The notes under the pieces are model-generated. The model ran no database searches and was not told the origin of the DNA. It was given only the letters and a program-made list of their open reading frames with translations. From Minisyncoccota bacterium (GTDB lineage Bacteria > Patescibacteriota > Minisyncoccia > Phycocordibacterales > UBA5272): a stretch of 64,000 nt of DNA. Both the position numbers and the translations under genes were made by a program. The DNA is taken from NCBI GenBank assembly GCA_046350775.1, contig JAXLZS010000001.1:90441-154440 (forward strand), written 5' to 3'. Below, piece after piece: positions 51,023 to 61,338 of this stretch; positions within the stretch are counted from its first letter, which is position 1; every line of letters begins with the position of its first letter.

Positions 51023-51460
51023 TTAAAAATTTGTAAAAAACTTTTTATAACACAACTCTCCATGTCCGCACATGGTAGACGGCTTTATTACTCCTTGTTT
51101 TATTTTCTCTTCCAATTGTTTTTTATCTATGTCGTCGGTAGGATTATAATTATAATTTGAAATGGTGCATTCCGAGCCAGATTCTGCATATATCCAGCTT
51201 TTATTTTTGTAAATACATTTTATAGTTTTTTCACAATTTGAAGTACAGCCAGCGCCTTCACCGACAGTGTAAAACTCGTGTCCGCTAATTAATGAATTTC
51301 CAAAAAATATTAAGACAGCTTGATATTTTCTATCTGCGCCAGAGCTCGCAAAATCGCCAGATATTTTATAGTATTTTATTTTAAATAAAATTAAAGCGAG
51401 TATTGATAATGGTATCAATATTACGATAATTTTAATAGTAATTTTTTTATTCCTTCTCAT
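51023..51460 (-). CDS. Hypothetical secreted Cys-containing protein.
   Basis: Signal/TM segment plus Cys residues. Confidence 0.4.
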   Translation of the reverse strand: MRRNKKITIKIIVILIPLSILALILFKIKYYKISGDFASSGADRKYQAVLIFFGNSLISGHEFYTVGEGAGCTSNCEKTIKCIYKNKSWIYAESGSECTISNYNYNPTDDIDKKQLEEKIKQGVIKPSTMCGHGELCYKKFFTNF

Positions 51461-51478
51461 ATCTTAAATTATATCACT

Positions 51479-53860
51479 TTACTTCGCATATTCTGTCGCG
51501 TCTTCGAATTTGATTGAAAGTAATTTTGAGCAACCTTCAGCTCCTACAGTCACACCATAAAGTACATCACACTGATTCATAGTCTCTCTATTGTGTGTGA
51601 TGACAAGCAATTTTGACTTCTCTGATAGCTTTTGAATCATTTTGCCATATTTGCGAGCATTAGCTTCATCAAGTGCTGCATCAGTCTCATCGAGCACCAT
51701 AAAAGGTGGATGATTGATAGAAGACATAGCAAATATGAGAGCGATAGAAGAGAGAGCTCTCTCTCCACCAGAGAGCATTTGTAGATCCTTCACTTTCTTT
51801 TCTGGAAGATTGACTGAGATTTCAATACCAGGCTCACGAGATTTTTCTTCTTCCAAATCTTCTCCTTCTACTATTTCTGGACGCGTTATCTTTTCTAAAG
51901 ACAAAGAAGCTTTTCCTCCTGGAAAGATTTCATTAAAATAATTATTAAAATTGTGATTGATTTTTTGTAATCCAAGACTAAAGTCAGAAAGTAGAGTCTC
52001 TTTCAGGTCTTTTATTAGATTTTCTAGATTGATTCTAGAATTTTGTAAATCTTCTATTTCATTTGCTAAAAATGTATCTCGCTCAGAAAGTGACTGATAT
52101 TCATCTATTATTTCACTAGCATTTATAATACCACTTTCTTCTATTTTTATTTTACTTCTTTCTATTTTACGAAGTAGATCGTGTTGGCTAATATTTAGTA
52201 TACTTTTTTCATCTTCTTTTGCTTGATTTTCATTCCAATTTTTATACTGAAAGGCAGCACTACCAAGCAAGGCACTCATTTCTTGCAGAAGATTATCAAA
52301 TTCATTTTCTTTATTTTTTATAATTTCAGATTTTACTCTTAAAGAATCTTTTTGGGAATGAAGTTTTTCAAGCTCTAATCTTAGAGACAAAATCTGATTG
52401 TCGAGTTTATAAGATTTTTCTTTGTCTTCATTTTCTATCTGAACTTTCTCTTCTTTTTTAGAATTTAAAAGACTTAATATTTTTTCTTTTTCAGTATCTA
52501 GCTTGTCTAGCAACTCTTTTGCATCTTGTAATCTTACTTCGAGATTATCTATTTCACTAGAAAAATTATCAGTAATGTTTTCTTTTTTTACTTCTTTGTC
52601 CTGATCTTTTTCATTTTTTAAAATCTTTATGAAATTTTTTTCTTCATTATGCGCTAACTCAAGATTTTCTTTCAAATCAGAATATTTTTGATCTTCGTAT
52701 AAAGAAAAGATATTATTCCAAAGATTTTCTCTAGAACCCTCAAAAGAGACAAGACTATTTTTATCTATAAAATATTTTTCTACTTCTTTTTTAACTTCAT
52801 GAATATTAATATTTTTGTTTTTTAAGATCTCTTCTTGTTTATTTTTTAAGAATTTTATTTCTAGATCAAGATTTACAAAAGATCTGTACACTTCGTCGCG
52901 ATCCTTATTTATTTTCTGCAATTTTTCAGTCTCTTCATTTATTATTCTATTTAAATCATGAGATAATTCTTTTTTATTATCATCAATAATTTCATTTTGT
53001 TTTGATTTTTCTTTAGACAGATTTTCTAATTCTTTTTCTAAAGATAGAATTTTTTGCTCAAAATCATGATGGTCTGCCAACTCATTTTTTTTATTTAAAA
53101 TATCTACGTGCTCACGAGAGAGATAGATCTTTAAAAGATTGCTAGCCAAGTCTATTTCCTCTTCTCTTTTTTCGAGTTCTTTGACTTGCTTTTTAAGAAA
53201 ATTTAAATGAGGAATATTTTCTCTTCTTAGCAGATCTATTTCCTGAAGATGATTTTTGACTTTTTCTAGTTTTTTCTCTCCTTCTTTGATACGCATGTGA
53301 TAGATACGTAGACCAAGGGCATCTTCTATCATTTCTCTTCTGTCATTATTATTAGAAAGAAGTATTCTATCAGCTTCACCTTGATTGACTATTGTATGCC
53401 CTGAAGCTGAGATATTTGCCATCGCAAGAAGCTCTTGCACATCTTTTAGTCTTACTTTTGTACCATTAATAAGATATTCACTTGATCCATCAGAATATAT
53501 TTCTCTTGTCAGCACTATCTCATCAAGATTTATGAAATTTAAAAGAGTGTCATTTGTCTCTCCATTTCGACTTAAAAGTTTTTCATTGATATTTTTATGA
53601 GTATTATCAAGATGAATTGAAACACTAGCACGAGAAAGGGGTGAAAGAAATGAGGATCCCTTAAAGATAAGATCACTTCCTGATTTTGAGCGTAGACCTT
53701 TCATTGACTGTTCTCCGAGTACAAAGCGAATAGCTTCTGCAACATTAGACTTTCCAGATCCATTTGGACCAACCACTCCAGTCACATTACTAGAGAGGTC
53801 GAGATTTATTTTTTTTGCAAAACTTTTAAAGCCTTGCATGCTGATAGATTTTAAATACAT
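51479..53860 (-). CDS. smc: SMC chromosome-condensation ATPase, short form (793 aa) with no recognisable hinge.
   Basis: N-terminal FKSF...VVGPNGSGKSN Walker A, and C-terminal LSGGERALSSIALIFAM...LDETDAALD...LLVITH. The middle region is all coiled coil. Confidence 0.8.
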   Translation of the reverse strand: MYLKSISMQGFKSFAKKINLDLSSNVTGVVGPNGSGKSNVAEAIRFVLGEQSMKGLRSKSGSDLIFKGSSFLSPLSRASVSIHLDNTHKNINEKLLSRNGETNDTLLNFINLDEIVLTREIYSDGSSEYLINGTKVRLKDVQELLAMANISASGHTIVNQGEADRILLSNNNDRREMIEDALGLRIYHMRIKEGEKKLEKVKNHLQEIDLLRRENIPHLNFLKKQVKELEKREEEIDLASNLLKIYLSREHVDILNKKNELADHHDFEQKILSLEKELENLSKEKSKQNEIIDDNKKELSHDLNRIINEETEKLQKINKDRDEVYRSFVNLDLEIKFLKNKQEEILKNKNINIHEVKKEVEKYFIDKNSLVSFEGSRENLWNNIFSLYEDQKYSDLKENLELAHNEEKNFIKILKNEKDQDKEVKKENITDNFSSEIDNLEVRLQDAKELLDKLDTEKEKILSLLNSKKEEKVQIENEDKEKSYKLDNQILSLRLELEKLHSQKDSLRVKSEIIKNKENEFDNLLQEMSALLGSAAFQYKNWNENQAKEDEKSILNISQHDLLRKIERSKIKIEESGIINASEIIDEYQSLSERDTFLANEIEDLQNSRINLENLIKDLKETLLSDFSLGLQKINHNFNNYFNEIFPGGKASLSLEKITRPEIVEGEDLEEEKSREPGIEISVNLPEKKVKDLQMLSGGERALSSIALIFAMSSINHPPFMVLDETDAALDEANARKYGKMIQKLSEKSKLLVITHNRETMNQCDVLYGVTVGAEGCSKLLSIKFEDATEYAK

Positions 53861-53955
53861 AAAAATAATTCACTCAAAATTTAAAGTTGATTAAATTATA
53901 TCACAAAAAATATCTAATATTTTTTATATTTTTTAAAAACTTGCAAAATTTTTTT

Positions 53956-54122
53956 GGCTGTGATAGATTGTAAGTCCAATATGGAACTGCGACAACATTC
54001 GTACGTTGCACAGCTGAGGCCATAAAGGACAATTGTACCTTGAACTAGCTACTTGTAAGGAATGAAAAACATTTTTCTAAACCGCTTGTAGCAAGCAGCC
54101 AAGATCCGTTAGAGGGACGAGG
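53956..54122 (+). ncRNA. Candidate structured non-coding RNA of unknown class; strand is uncertain.
   Basis: About 165-nt GC-enriched intergenic island between two minus-strand genes in an otherwise ~30% GC genome. It ends at a strong terminator hairpin. Confidence 0.3.
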
Positions 54123-54152
54123 CAAAAACCACGGCATTAACCGTGGTTTTTT
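54123..54152. terminator. Bidirectional intrinsic terminator, for uppP on the minus strand and for the candidate RNA on the plus strand.
   Basis: aaaaaccacggcattaaccgtggtttttt. Confidence 0.75.
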
Positions 54153-54155
54153 ATT

Positions 54156-54939
54156 TTACATAAAAAATACTAAAGCAAAAATTATTGAGATAATAATACG
54201 ATACCAGCCAAAAGCTATAAAATTGTGTCTTTGCACATAATTGATGAGCCACTTTATAAATATTAAAGCAAATATAAAAGAGGTAATAAATCCTATCGCA
54301 ATAGAATTTATTTCTGAAAAAGAAATATCTTTATAGCTTTTTAATAAATCATATCCAGTAGCTGCTAACATTGTTGGTACTGCTAATAAGAAAGAAAATT
54401 TTACAATAGTTTCTCTCTTGAGATCCATTAAAAGTCCACCAATAATTGTGGCGCCACTTCTTGATACTCCAGGAATCATTGCTATACTCTGCCACAGGCC
54501 AAGATAAAATGCTTTTTTGTAAGTTATTTCTTTAATATTAAATTTATTTTCAGCATTTTCTTTTACTATTTTCTTATTTTTTTCTATTAAGATCATCACA
54601 ACACCACCAACAAAAAGAGAAATAATCACTATCAAATAATTATCCAATAAATATTCTTTTAGAAATTTATAAATAGTGAGACCAATAATACCAGTTGGTA
54701 AAAAGGCGACTATTAATTTTTTAATGACTTCTAAATTAAATAATTCTTTAAAATAAAATACTATAACGGCCAAAATTGCTCCGAGCTGAATTATTATCTG
54801 GAAATCTTTTAAAAGATTTGTGTTTTCTATTTTTAATAAATGAGATGTGAGTATGAGGTGTCCAGTAGATGAAATAGGTAAAAATTCTGTTATGCCTTCA
54901 ACTATTCCTAAAATTATTGAATGGAAATGAGAGATCATA
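54156..54939 (-). CDS. uppP: Undecaprenyl-diphosphatase (UppP/BacA).
   Basis: GIVEGITEFLPISSTGHL. The start is taken at internal Met 54939 because the longer ORF, which reaches 54980, runs into tRNA-Leu. Confidence 0.85.
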
Positions 54940-54942
54940 TGT

Positions 54943-55023
54943 GCTCGGGGCGGGACTCGAACCCGCAAGCCGTGAAGCAAAAGATTTTAAGTCTTTCGTG
55001 TATACCATTCCACCACCCGAGCT
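54943..55023 (-). tRNA. tRNA-Leu (TAA).
   Basis: Reverse complement gives GCTCGGGTGGTGGAATGGTA...CTTAAAA loop...long variable arm...GGTTCGAGTCC. Confidence 0.85.
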
Positions 55024-55098
55024 TTTATAAAAAGTATTTTATCATAAAAAACACTTTTTAAAAAGCTTTTATTTATTTAAATAATGCTTTATTGTATC

Positions 55099-55290
55099 TT
55101 ATTTATTTTTTCCAAACAATTTATCCAATCCCTCCTTGGTTAATGGTTTTCCTCTCTTACTTTCTTTTTCTTTTCCAAAAATATTATCGATCGCTCTTTT
55201 AGCTGCCAACCTTCTTCTTTTTTCTGTTTCTGAAGGAGAGTTCTTTTTTAATCTTCTTATAAGGTTTTTATTTTTTTCAAATTTTTCCAT
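55099..55290 (-). CDS. Hypothetical small basic protein (63 aa).
   Basis: ORF only. Confidence 0.35.
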   Translation of the reverse strand: MEKFEKNKNLIRRLKKNSPSETEKRRRLAAKRAIDNIFGKEKESKRGKPLTKEGLDKLFGKNK

Positions 55291-55345
55291 ATATTTTTAT
55301 ACATTATTATCATTCTATCATAATTTATGTTAGAATACTCAAAAT

Positions 55346-55419
55346 GGTGCGATGGCGAAGTGGCCTAACGCTGCGGTTTGCAAAACCGCCATTCGCGGGT
55401 TCGACTCCCGCTCGCACCT
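55346..55419 (+). tRNA. tRNA-Cys (GCA).
   Basis: GGTGCGA acceptor, TTGCAAA anticodon loop, GGTTCGACTCC T-arm. Confidence 0.8.
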
Positions 55420-55451
55420 CATTTAAAGTTTTGTGATAATATATAAAGTAT

Positions 55452-55883
55452 ATGAAGAAAAATTTTTTACAAAGAATTTATAATTATTTTTCAAATTTTG
55501 AATTTAAAAATAGATCTTTTTTGTCTAGACACAGATTTTTATACGCTTTGATTGGTGGTGCTGGTGTGGTCTTATACTGGAGAGGTGTCTGGCATACTAG
55601 TGATCTTTTAGAAAGTAGTGGTGGTGTGTGGTCTTCTATTTTTTCTCCAGTAGGATCTATCTTAATTGGAGTGATAACTCTTTTATCTATAGGTCTACTC
55701 GTACAATCTTTTATTGGGCAAGATATTATTATTTCTGGATTAAAAAAAGAAGAAAAAGAGATTGATAAGACAGAAGAGCAGCTTTTAAATGAAGAAAATA
55801 AAGAATTGGCAACACAGAAATTAATAAAGGAAATAGATGATCATCTTCATGAAATAGAAGAAAAACTTAAAATCAGAGACTAA
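55452..55883 (+). CDS. Hypothetical membrane protein with a C-terminal coiled coil.
   Basis: ORF only. Confidence 0.4.
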   Translation: MKKNFLQRIYNYFSNFEFKNRSFLSRHRFLYALIGGAGVVLYWRGVWHTSDLLESSGGVWSSIFSPVGSILIGVITLLSIGLLVQSFIGQDIIISGLKKEEKEIDKTEEQLLNEENKELATQKLIKEIDDHLHEIEEKLKIRD

Positions 55884-55940
55884 GATTTTTTGTTTTTGAA
55901 AAAAAATAAATATATGCTATAATTTTCAAATAAAAATACT

Positions 55941-56013
55941 GGGCCCTTAGCTCATTTGGTAGAGCGCCGGTTTTGCACTCCGGAGGTGAGCGGTTCGAAT
56001 CCGCTAGGGTCCA
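55941..56013 (+). tRNA. tRNA-Ala (TGC).
   Basis: GGGCCCT acceptor with G3:U70, TTTGCAC anticodon loop, GGTTCGAATCC. Confidence 0.85.
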
Positions 56014-56153
56014 CAATTTGTTTGCTTACTTTTAATATTTGTGGTATTTTATTGCCAGTAAATTTTGCTATCCATTTTGCTATTTATAGCAAAATTTAAT
56101 ATATATTTTTAACTTATTTTAAACAATATTTGTTCATTTAAAATCTGTCAATT

Positions 56154-57560
56154 ATGCGTTCCTTAAAATGGTTTTTGATTTTTATTTCGGTTTGGTTTTT
56201 GCTTTATTGTTTTGAAGTATCTAAAGGTCGCTGGATCTTAGCTTCCATACCAACACAATTTATCTTGTGCTGGATTTCTTTAATATCTTCAATGGTAGAG
56301 GTTCCTTACGAAGAACACAGAAAACTACTTATTAGACTTTTTAAAGTAGAAATAAGCACTCTTGAAAGTGGTGTTTATTTTATTCCGTTTTTATGGATAT
56401 GGGGCGAAGTGTTCATTCCAAAAGAATTTCGAGAAGATAAAAAAGAATCTCATGTGCACGTTGATACAAGAGAAACTCGAAAACACAGAAAAATCGGACT
56501 TATAGAAGACATTTCTCGAGAACACTTTTTTCCTTTTATTTTTGGTAAAGGTATCTGGGCTTTTGTTTTGACTTGTATAATTTCTTATGGATTAAATATT
56601 AAATTTATTCCTTATTTGGAAAATCAAACTCCGATTGTAAATTATATTGCTGGAATTTTTGGTTATAAAAAGCAAATAGAAAATCAAAATAATATTTCTA
56701 CTGCCACAATACAAAACTCAACAAATCAGCCTCAGTATAATCAGGCCACAGCTCCATCAGGGCAGAAGACTAAAGATTACAATGGTATGGATACTGCTAC
56801 AAGACCTGTAGATTCTTCGGTAAAAGCAGATAATTCGACGACTGTTGTCAATCAAAATTCATATCAATCTACAGAAGCACCACCTGCTCCTATAGTCGAT
56901 TGGCTTCCTCCGGAAGATGCTTATAATCCTACAATCACTTGGGACAATTTAAAGACTCGTGATGTCTGGACAGCTCTAGCCAAAATGACAACAGAGATGG
57001 ATTATGTGAATGAGCGTGGATATTTTGTCTCTAGCTCAAATTCTTATAATTATTTTCCAAGCGTATTTGTTGATGGTTTTCGTGGAGACCAAAATTTCTT
57101 TTGTCATTTTTTCAAAGTTTATATTAGAAAATTAACTTTTAAAAACGGAGAAACTTGGCAAGATGGAAATATGGATTTTTGTGATTATGTAAACATTGTA
57201 AGCTCAACGAGCAGAGTTGATAATACCTGTTATCGTGATGTGAAAATTTATCTCAAAGATCAATTTAAAGGTAAATACTCTTGGCACATAATTGACGCCG
57301 GATATGGGGATGGTGATTTAAGTTTTGAGATTTTTCTTTATGACAGAGACCATGATTATCAATCTGTCATTTCTCAAAATGAAACGATAAGAACCGGCCA
57401 TCAATACCGCGAGCATAGGCCAATGACAAATGAAATGAATAGTAAATATTTGTCAGATTCAAAGTCAAATCCAGAACAGAAATCAGAAGAAGAGAGGAGG
57501 CTAAACGCAAAGACAAACAAAAAAAGAAAGAGAGGAGATCCGCCAGGATCAAATTATTAA
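56154..57560 (+). CDS. Hypothetical membrane protein with a Cys/Trp/Tyr-rich extracytoplasmic domain and a basic C-terminus.
   Basis: ORF only. Confidence 0.45.
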   Translation: MRSLKWFLIFISVWFLLYCFEVSKGRWILASIPTQFILCWISLISSMVEVPYEEHRKLLIRLFKVEISTLESGVYFIPFLWIWGEVFIPKEFREDKKESHVHVDTRETRKHRKIGLIEDISREHFFPFIFGKGIWAFVLTCIISYGLNIKFIPYLENQTPIVNYIAGIFGYKKQIENQNNISTATIQNSTNQPQYNQATAPSGQKTKDYNGMDTATRPVDSSVKADNSTTVVNQNSYQSTEAPPAPIVDWLPPEDAYNPTITWDNLKTRDVWTALAKMTTEMDYVNERGYFVSSSNSYNYFPSVFVDGFRGDQNFFCHFFKVYIRKLTFKNGETWQDGNMDFCDYVNIVSSTSRVDNTCYRDVKIYLKDQFKGKYSWHIIDAGYGDGDLSFEIFLYDRDHDYQSVISQNETIRTGHQYREHRPMTNEMNSKYLSDSKSNPEQKSEEERRLNAKTNKKRKRGDPPGSNY

Positions 57561-57648
57561 TTTTTTCTTTTCTTTTAAAAGAGTGATATTTTTTAATATC
57601 ACTCTTTTTTATTTTTATATTTTTTCTCGTGTTAAAATATAAAAAGAT

Positions 57649-58626
57649 ATGAACAAAGAAGAATCTATAAAAATTTTGAAAGAAGATTTTCATAAATACA
57701 AACTTCTTGTTCCTTTACTTGAGATACATGACACTCCAAAACAATTATTTTTTAAAGCGAAAAATGAAGATATATTAAATAATTTTTTAAATAAAACTTG
57801 GGAGAATAATGAATATAAAATACTGACAATTGTAGGATCAAGAAAAAATTCTGGATACAGTAAAGATGTATTAAAATTTCTTTTAAAAAATTTGATAGGA
57901 GAGAAAATAGTGATAGTATCAGGTCTGGCTCTCGGCATAGATTCTTTAGCACATAAAAACGCAATGGAAAATAATTTTCCTACTATTTCTATACCTGGAT
58001 CTGGTCTAAATAAAAATGTCTTGTACCCTTCAGCTAATATTTCTCTTAGTCAAGAAATACTTGATAGTGAAAATATTCTCATATCAGAATATGAAGATGA
58101 TAGAAAAAGTGAGCTTTATTTTTTTCCGGCCAGAAATAGAATCATGGCTGCCATCTCTGATGCTGTATTAATAGTTGAAGCAGGAGAAAAAAGTGGCACA
58201 TTGATTACAGCAAGACTAGCTATGGAATATGGTAAAAATGTAGGAGTCATACCAAATAATATTTTCGCAGAAGGAGCAAAAGGGTCCAATAAATTGATTC
58301 AAGATGGAGCGCAAATAATTTTAAATGAAAATGATATTTTAGAAATCTTAAAAATCAGTAAAGATGATCAAGGATTATTATCTTTAGATTTTAATAATAA
58401 AAAACATACTGATAAATTAAAAAATATTTTAGATGGCTTGAGTGATGTTGAGCAAGAAATTTTAGAAAAAATAATCCAGGCTGGAAGTGTTGAAAAAGAC
58501 AGACTTTTAGCGGAAATGGAAAATGATTTAGAAATCAATTATACCGACTCACTTGTGGCTCTCATGAGTCTTGAAATCAAAGGATTTATAAAAGAAGAAT
58601 TAGGGGAAATACGAATAGTGAAATAA
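57649..58626 (+). CDS. dprA: DNA processing protein DprA (Smf).
   Basis: Rossmann-like DprA core with VSGLALGIDSLAH...GTLITARLA, followed by a winged-helix C-terminus. Confidence 0.9.
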   Translation: MNKEESIKILKEDFHKYKLLVPLLEIHDTPKQLFFKAKNEDILNNFLNKTWENNEYKILTIVGSRKNSGYSKDVLKFLLKNLIGEKIVIVSGLALGIDSLAHKNAMENNFPTISIPGSGLNKNVLYPSANISLSQEILDSENILISEYEDDRKSELYFFPARNRIMAAISDAVLIVEAGEKSGTLITARLAMEYGKNVGVIPNNIFAEGAKGSNKLIQDGAQIILNENDILEILKISKDDQGLLSLDFNNKKHTDKLKNILDGLSDVEQEILEKIIQAGSVEKDRLLAEMENDLEINYTDSLVALMSLEIKGFIKEELGEIRIVK

Positions 58627-58712
58627 TATATTATATAAATTGACCAAATATAGTATTTCTGTTAGTATTTTATTACTAGAAATTTTTCTAGAGCTCTTTA
58701 AAAATTAGAATT

Positions 58713-59144
58713 ATGAAATATATTTTATTTTCGATCAGAGAAGCAAAGATCTGGCAAATATCTCTTTTATTTTTCATGATAATTCTTTTTACATTTTTGG
58801 CTTTACAAATAGATTCTCAAACGCTGGGTCATTTGTTAAGGCTAAATACTAATATGGAAGGATATGTGTCATCAAAAATATGGACTTATTTGTTCAGGTC
58901 TGGTATTATGCCAACTTTTTACGCTCTAAGTATTTTTTACATATTTTTTGGAAAAAAGTACTTTCTTTTAAGAAAGATCTCATATGCGATTCTTTCTTTA
59001 GCTTTTGTCGGTGTAATATTATTTTTATTGTGTCCAAATTTGCACAACGTCTTTTACGATGTGGCCGAAGGATTGGTAATATCTATTTTTTTATATTTTT
59101 CAATCTTTTTTTTTTATTTTTGTTTTCATGATATGATGTACTAA
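58713..59144 (+). CDS. Hypothetical membrane protein.
   Basis: ORF with TM segments. Confidence 0.4.
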   Translation: MKYILFSIREAKIWQISLLFFMIILFTFLALQIDSQTLGHLLRLNTNMEGYVSSKIWTYLFRSGIMPTFYALSIFYIFFGKKYFLLRKISYAILSLAFVGVILFLLCPNLHNVFYDVAEGLVISIFLYFSIFFFYFCFHDMMY

Positions 59145-59197
59145 GACAATTTCATCAAGCTCAAGCTTGGTCGAGATGGTTCAATCATTAGACCGTG

Positions 59198-59230
59198 CCT
59201 CCGGATTCAACTCCCGGAGGTTTTTTATTT
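59198..59230 (+). terminator. Intrinsic terminator.
   Basis: Perfect 7-bp stem cctccgg/ccggagg followed by tttttt. Confidence 0.7.
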
Positions 59231-59274
59231 TATGTTATACTGAGAAAAATAACAGCTTTTTATTGCAATTTAAT

Positions 59275-61269
59275 ATGAAAAAAAATATACACGGAAGAAT
59301 CACTTTGACCAGTAAAGGTGAAGGATATGTAAGATTGACTGAAGAACATGAAAAAATAGACCCATCTTTTAAAGATGGTGAATCTGTTTTTATTGATCAT
59401 GAGCATCTAAATTGTGCTCTGCATGGAGATCTCGTAGAAGTAGAAGTGCTCGGTAAAAACAAAAATCACAAGACAGGGGAAGATATATTTTTTGGTAAAG
59501 TCAATGAGATCCTGGAAAGATCAAAGTATGGTCATGCTGGAAAATTGGAAGAAGATCATGGTGTATTTTTTTTAATTCCTGACGATAAAAAGACTTACAC
59601 TGATTTTATTATTAAAAAAGAAGATGCTGACGGAGCGCAAGTCGGTGACAAAGTCATAGCAGAAATAATAAATTGGACAGATCATAAAAAATCTCCTTTT
59701 GCTAAAGTTGTGAAAGTTCTCGGAAAGCCAGGAGAAAATGATGCAGAAATGCTGGCTTTTGCTCTCGAGAGAGGATTTTCTGATGAGCATGGTAAAGAAG
59801 TACAAAAAGAAGCTGAAGATATTCATAAAAAAGGCATCACAGACGAAGATAAAAAAATAAATCCGAATGGAATTGATGGAAGAAGGGATTTTAGAAATGT
59901 TTTGACTTTCACTATTGATCCAGCTGACGCGAAAGATTTTGACGATGCTATCAGCTTTGAGAAATTATCAAATGGAAATTATGAAGTCGGCATACATATT
60001 GCTGACGTGTCTCACTATCTTCAAGATGAAATGAAGATGAATGAAGAGGCTGTGGCTCGTGAGACCAGTGTCTATCTTGTAGATAGGACAATACCAATGC
60101 TGCCAGAAGTATTATCCAACGATCTTTGCTCGCTTGTAGAAGCTCAAGATAGATTGGTCATGAGTGCAGTCTTTGAGCTTGATGAAAATGCTGAAGTAAA
60201 AAATGCTTGGTATGGTAGAGCCATTATAAATTCAAATAAAAGATTTACTTATGAAGATGCACAAAATAGTATTGAAAATGAAGACGGTCTTTATAGTGAA
60301 GAATTGAATATCATTAATAATCTAGCAAAAAAATTGGAGGCTAAAAAATTAAAAGATGGAGCACTTGTCATAGAATCAGAAGAGGTAAAGTTTAAACTAG
60401 ATGAAAAAGGTGTACCGGTAGATGTGTATGTAAAAGAAAGAAAAGATGCAAATAAATTAATTGAAGAATTGATGCTTCTTGCTAACAGAAAAGTGTCTCA
60501 ATTCATTTTTGATGAAGAACAAAAAAACGGAGGACCAGATATTTCTATTTATCGTGTCCACGAGACTCCAGATCCAGAAAAGATGCATGAGCTCGATCTG
60601 TTTATAAGATCTCTAGGAGAGAAAGTCAGATTTATTGACGGAAATATACCTTCAACAGAATTAAACAAATTGATGGAAAAATTAAAAAATGAAAATCGTG
60701 AAGCCGAAAAAGATCTGCTTTCTATGAATATTTCTAGATCTATGCAAAAAGCCATCTATTCTACAAAAAATATTGGCCATTATGGACTCGCTTTTCCATT
60801 TTACTCTCATTTTACCTCTCCTATCAGAAGATATCCGGATGTTATGCTTCACAGAATTCTCATGAGAGTACTCAAAAAAGATTTTCCAAAAGCTGATGAG
60901 AAGCCATACTTTGATCGTATGTGTGATCTAGCAAGTAAAAGAGAAAAAGAAGCAGCCGATGCTGAGAGGGGTAGTATAAAGTATAAACAAGTCGAATATA
61001 TGAGCTATAGAATTGGCCAGACATTTGAAGGTGTAGTCTCTGGTGTCTCACAATGGGGTATATATGTTGAGGATAAAAAAAGTAAATCTGAAGGTATGAT
61101 CAGACTAAAAGATCTTGGTGAAGATTTTTATGTTTATAATGAAAAAGAGGGTAGAGTTTTTGGAGAAAATAGTGGAGAAGAATGGAGAATAGGTGATAGA
61201 GTGCAAATCAAAGTTAAAAATACCAATCTAGAATTAAGACAAATTGACTACGAACTCATAAAAAATTAG
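59275..61269 (+). CDS. rnr: Ribonuclease R (RNB family, C-terminal S1 domain).
   Basis: RNB motif FTIDPADAKDFDDAIS. The start is taken at MKKNIHGR because the upstream part of the ORF overlaps the terminator. Confidence 0.85.
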   Translation: MKKNIHGRITLTSKGEGYVRLTEEHEKIDPSFKDGESVFIDHEHLNCALHGDLVEVEVLGKNKNHKTGEDIFFGKVNEILERSKYGHAGKLEEDHGVFFLIPDDKKTYTDFIIKKEDADGAQVGDKVIAEIINWTDHKKSPFAKVVKVLGKPGENDAEMLAFALERGFSDEHGKEVQKEAEDIHKKGITDEDKKINPNGIDGRRDFRNVLTFTIDPADAKDFDDAISFEKLSNGNYEVGIHIADVSHYLQDEMKMNEEAVARETSVYLVDRTIPMLPEVLSNDLCSLVEAQDRLVMSAVFELDENAEVKNAWYGRAIINSNKRFTYEDAQNSIENEDGLYSEELNIINNLAKKLEAKKLKDGALVIESEEVKFKLDEKGVPVDVYVKERKDANKLIEELMLLANRKVSQFIFDEEQKNGGPDISIYRVHETPDPEKMHELDLFIRSLGEKVRFIDGNIPSTELNKLMEKLKNENREAEKDLLSMNISRSMQKAIYSTKNIGHYGLAFPFYSHFTSPIRRYPDVMLHRILMRVLKKDFPKADEKPYFDRMCDLASKREKEAADAERGSIKYKQVEYMSYRIGQTFEGVVSGVSQWGIYVEDKKSKSEGMIRLKDLGEDFYVYNEKEGRVFGENSGEEWRIGDRVQIKVKNTNLELRQIDYELIKN

Positions 61270-61338
61270 TCTTTAAGGACTTTCCTTTTTTTTAAAAATG
61301 TGATATATTATCTCGATAAAAATTAATAACAAATAATT

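Noticed and set aside
54940-54980. First 14 codons (MLHGLRVRVPPRAH) of the uppP ORF.
   Set aside because: They overlap tRNA-Leu(TAA) on the same strand. The internal Met at 54939 gives the conserved UppP N-terminus.
59150-59230. tRNA-like sequence ggtcgagatggttcaatcattagaccgtgcctccggattcaactcccggagg.
   Set aside because: It has no acceptor or anticodon arm geometry. The 3' part is a perfect 7-bp hairpin plus a T-run, so it is an intrinsic terminator for the upstream gene.
59167-59274. N-terminal 36 codons of the ORF-track version of RNase R (MVEMVQSLDRASGFNSRRFF...).
   Set aside because: It reads through the terminator hairpin. The conserved protein begins at MKKNIHGR (59275).
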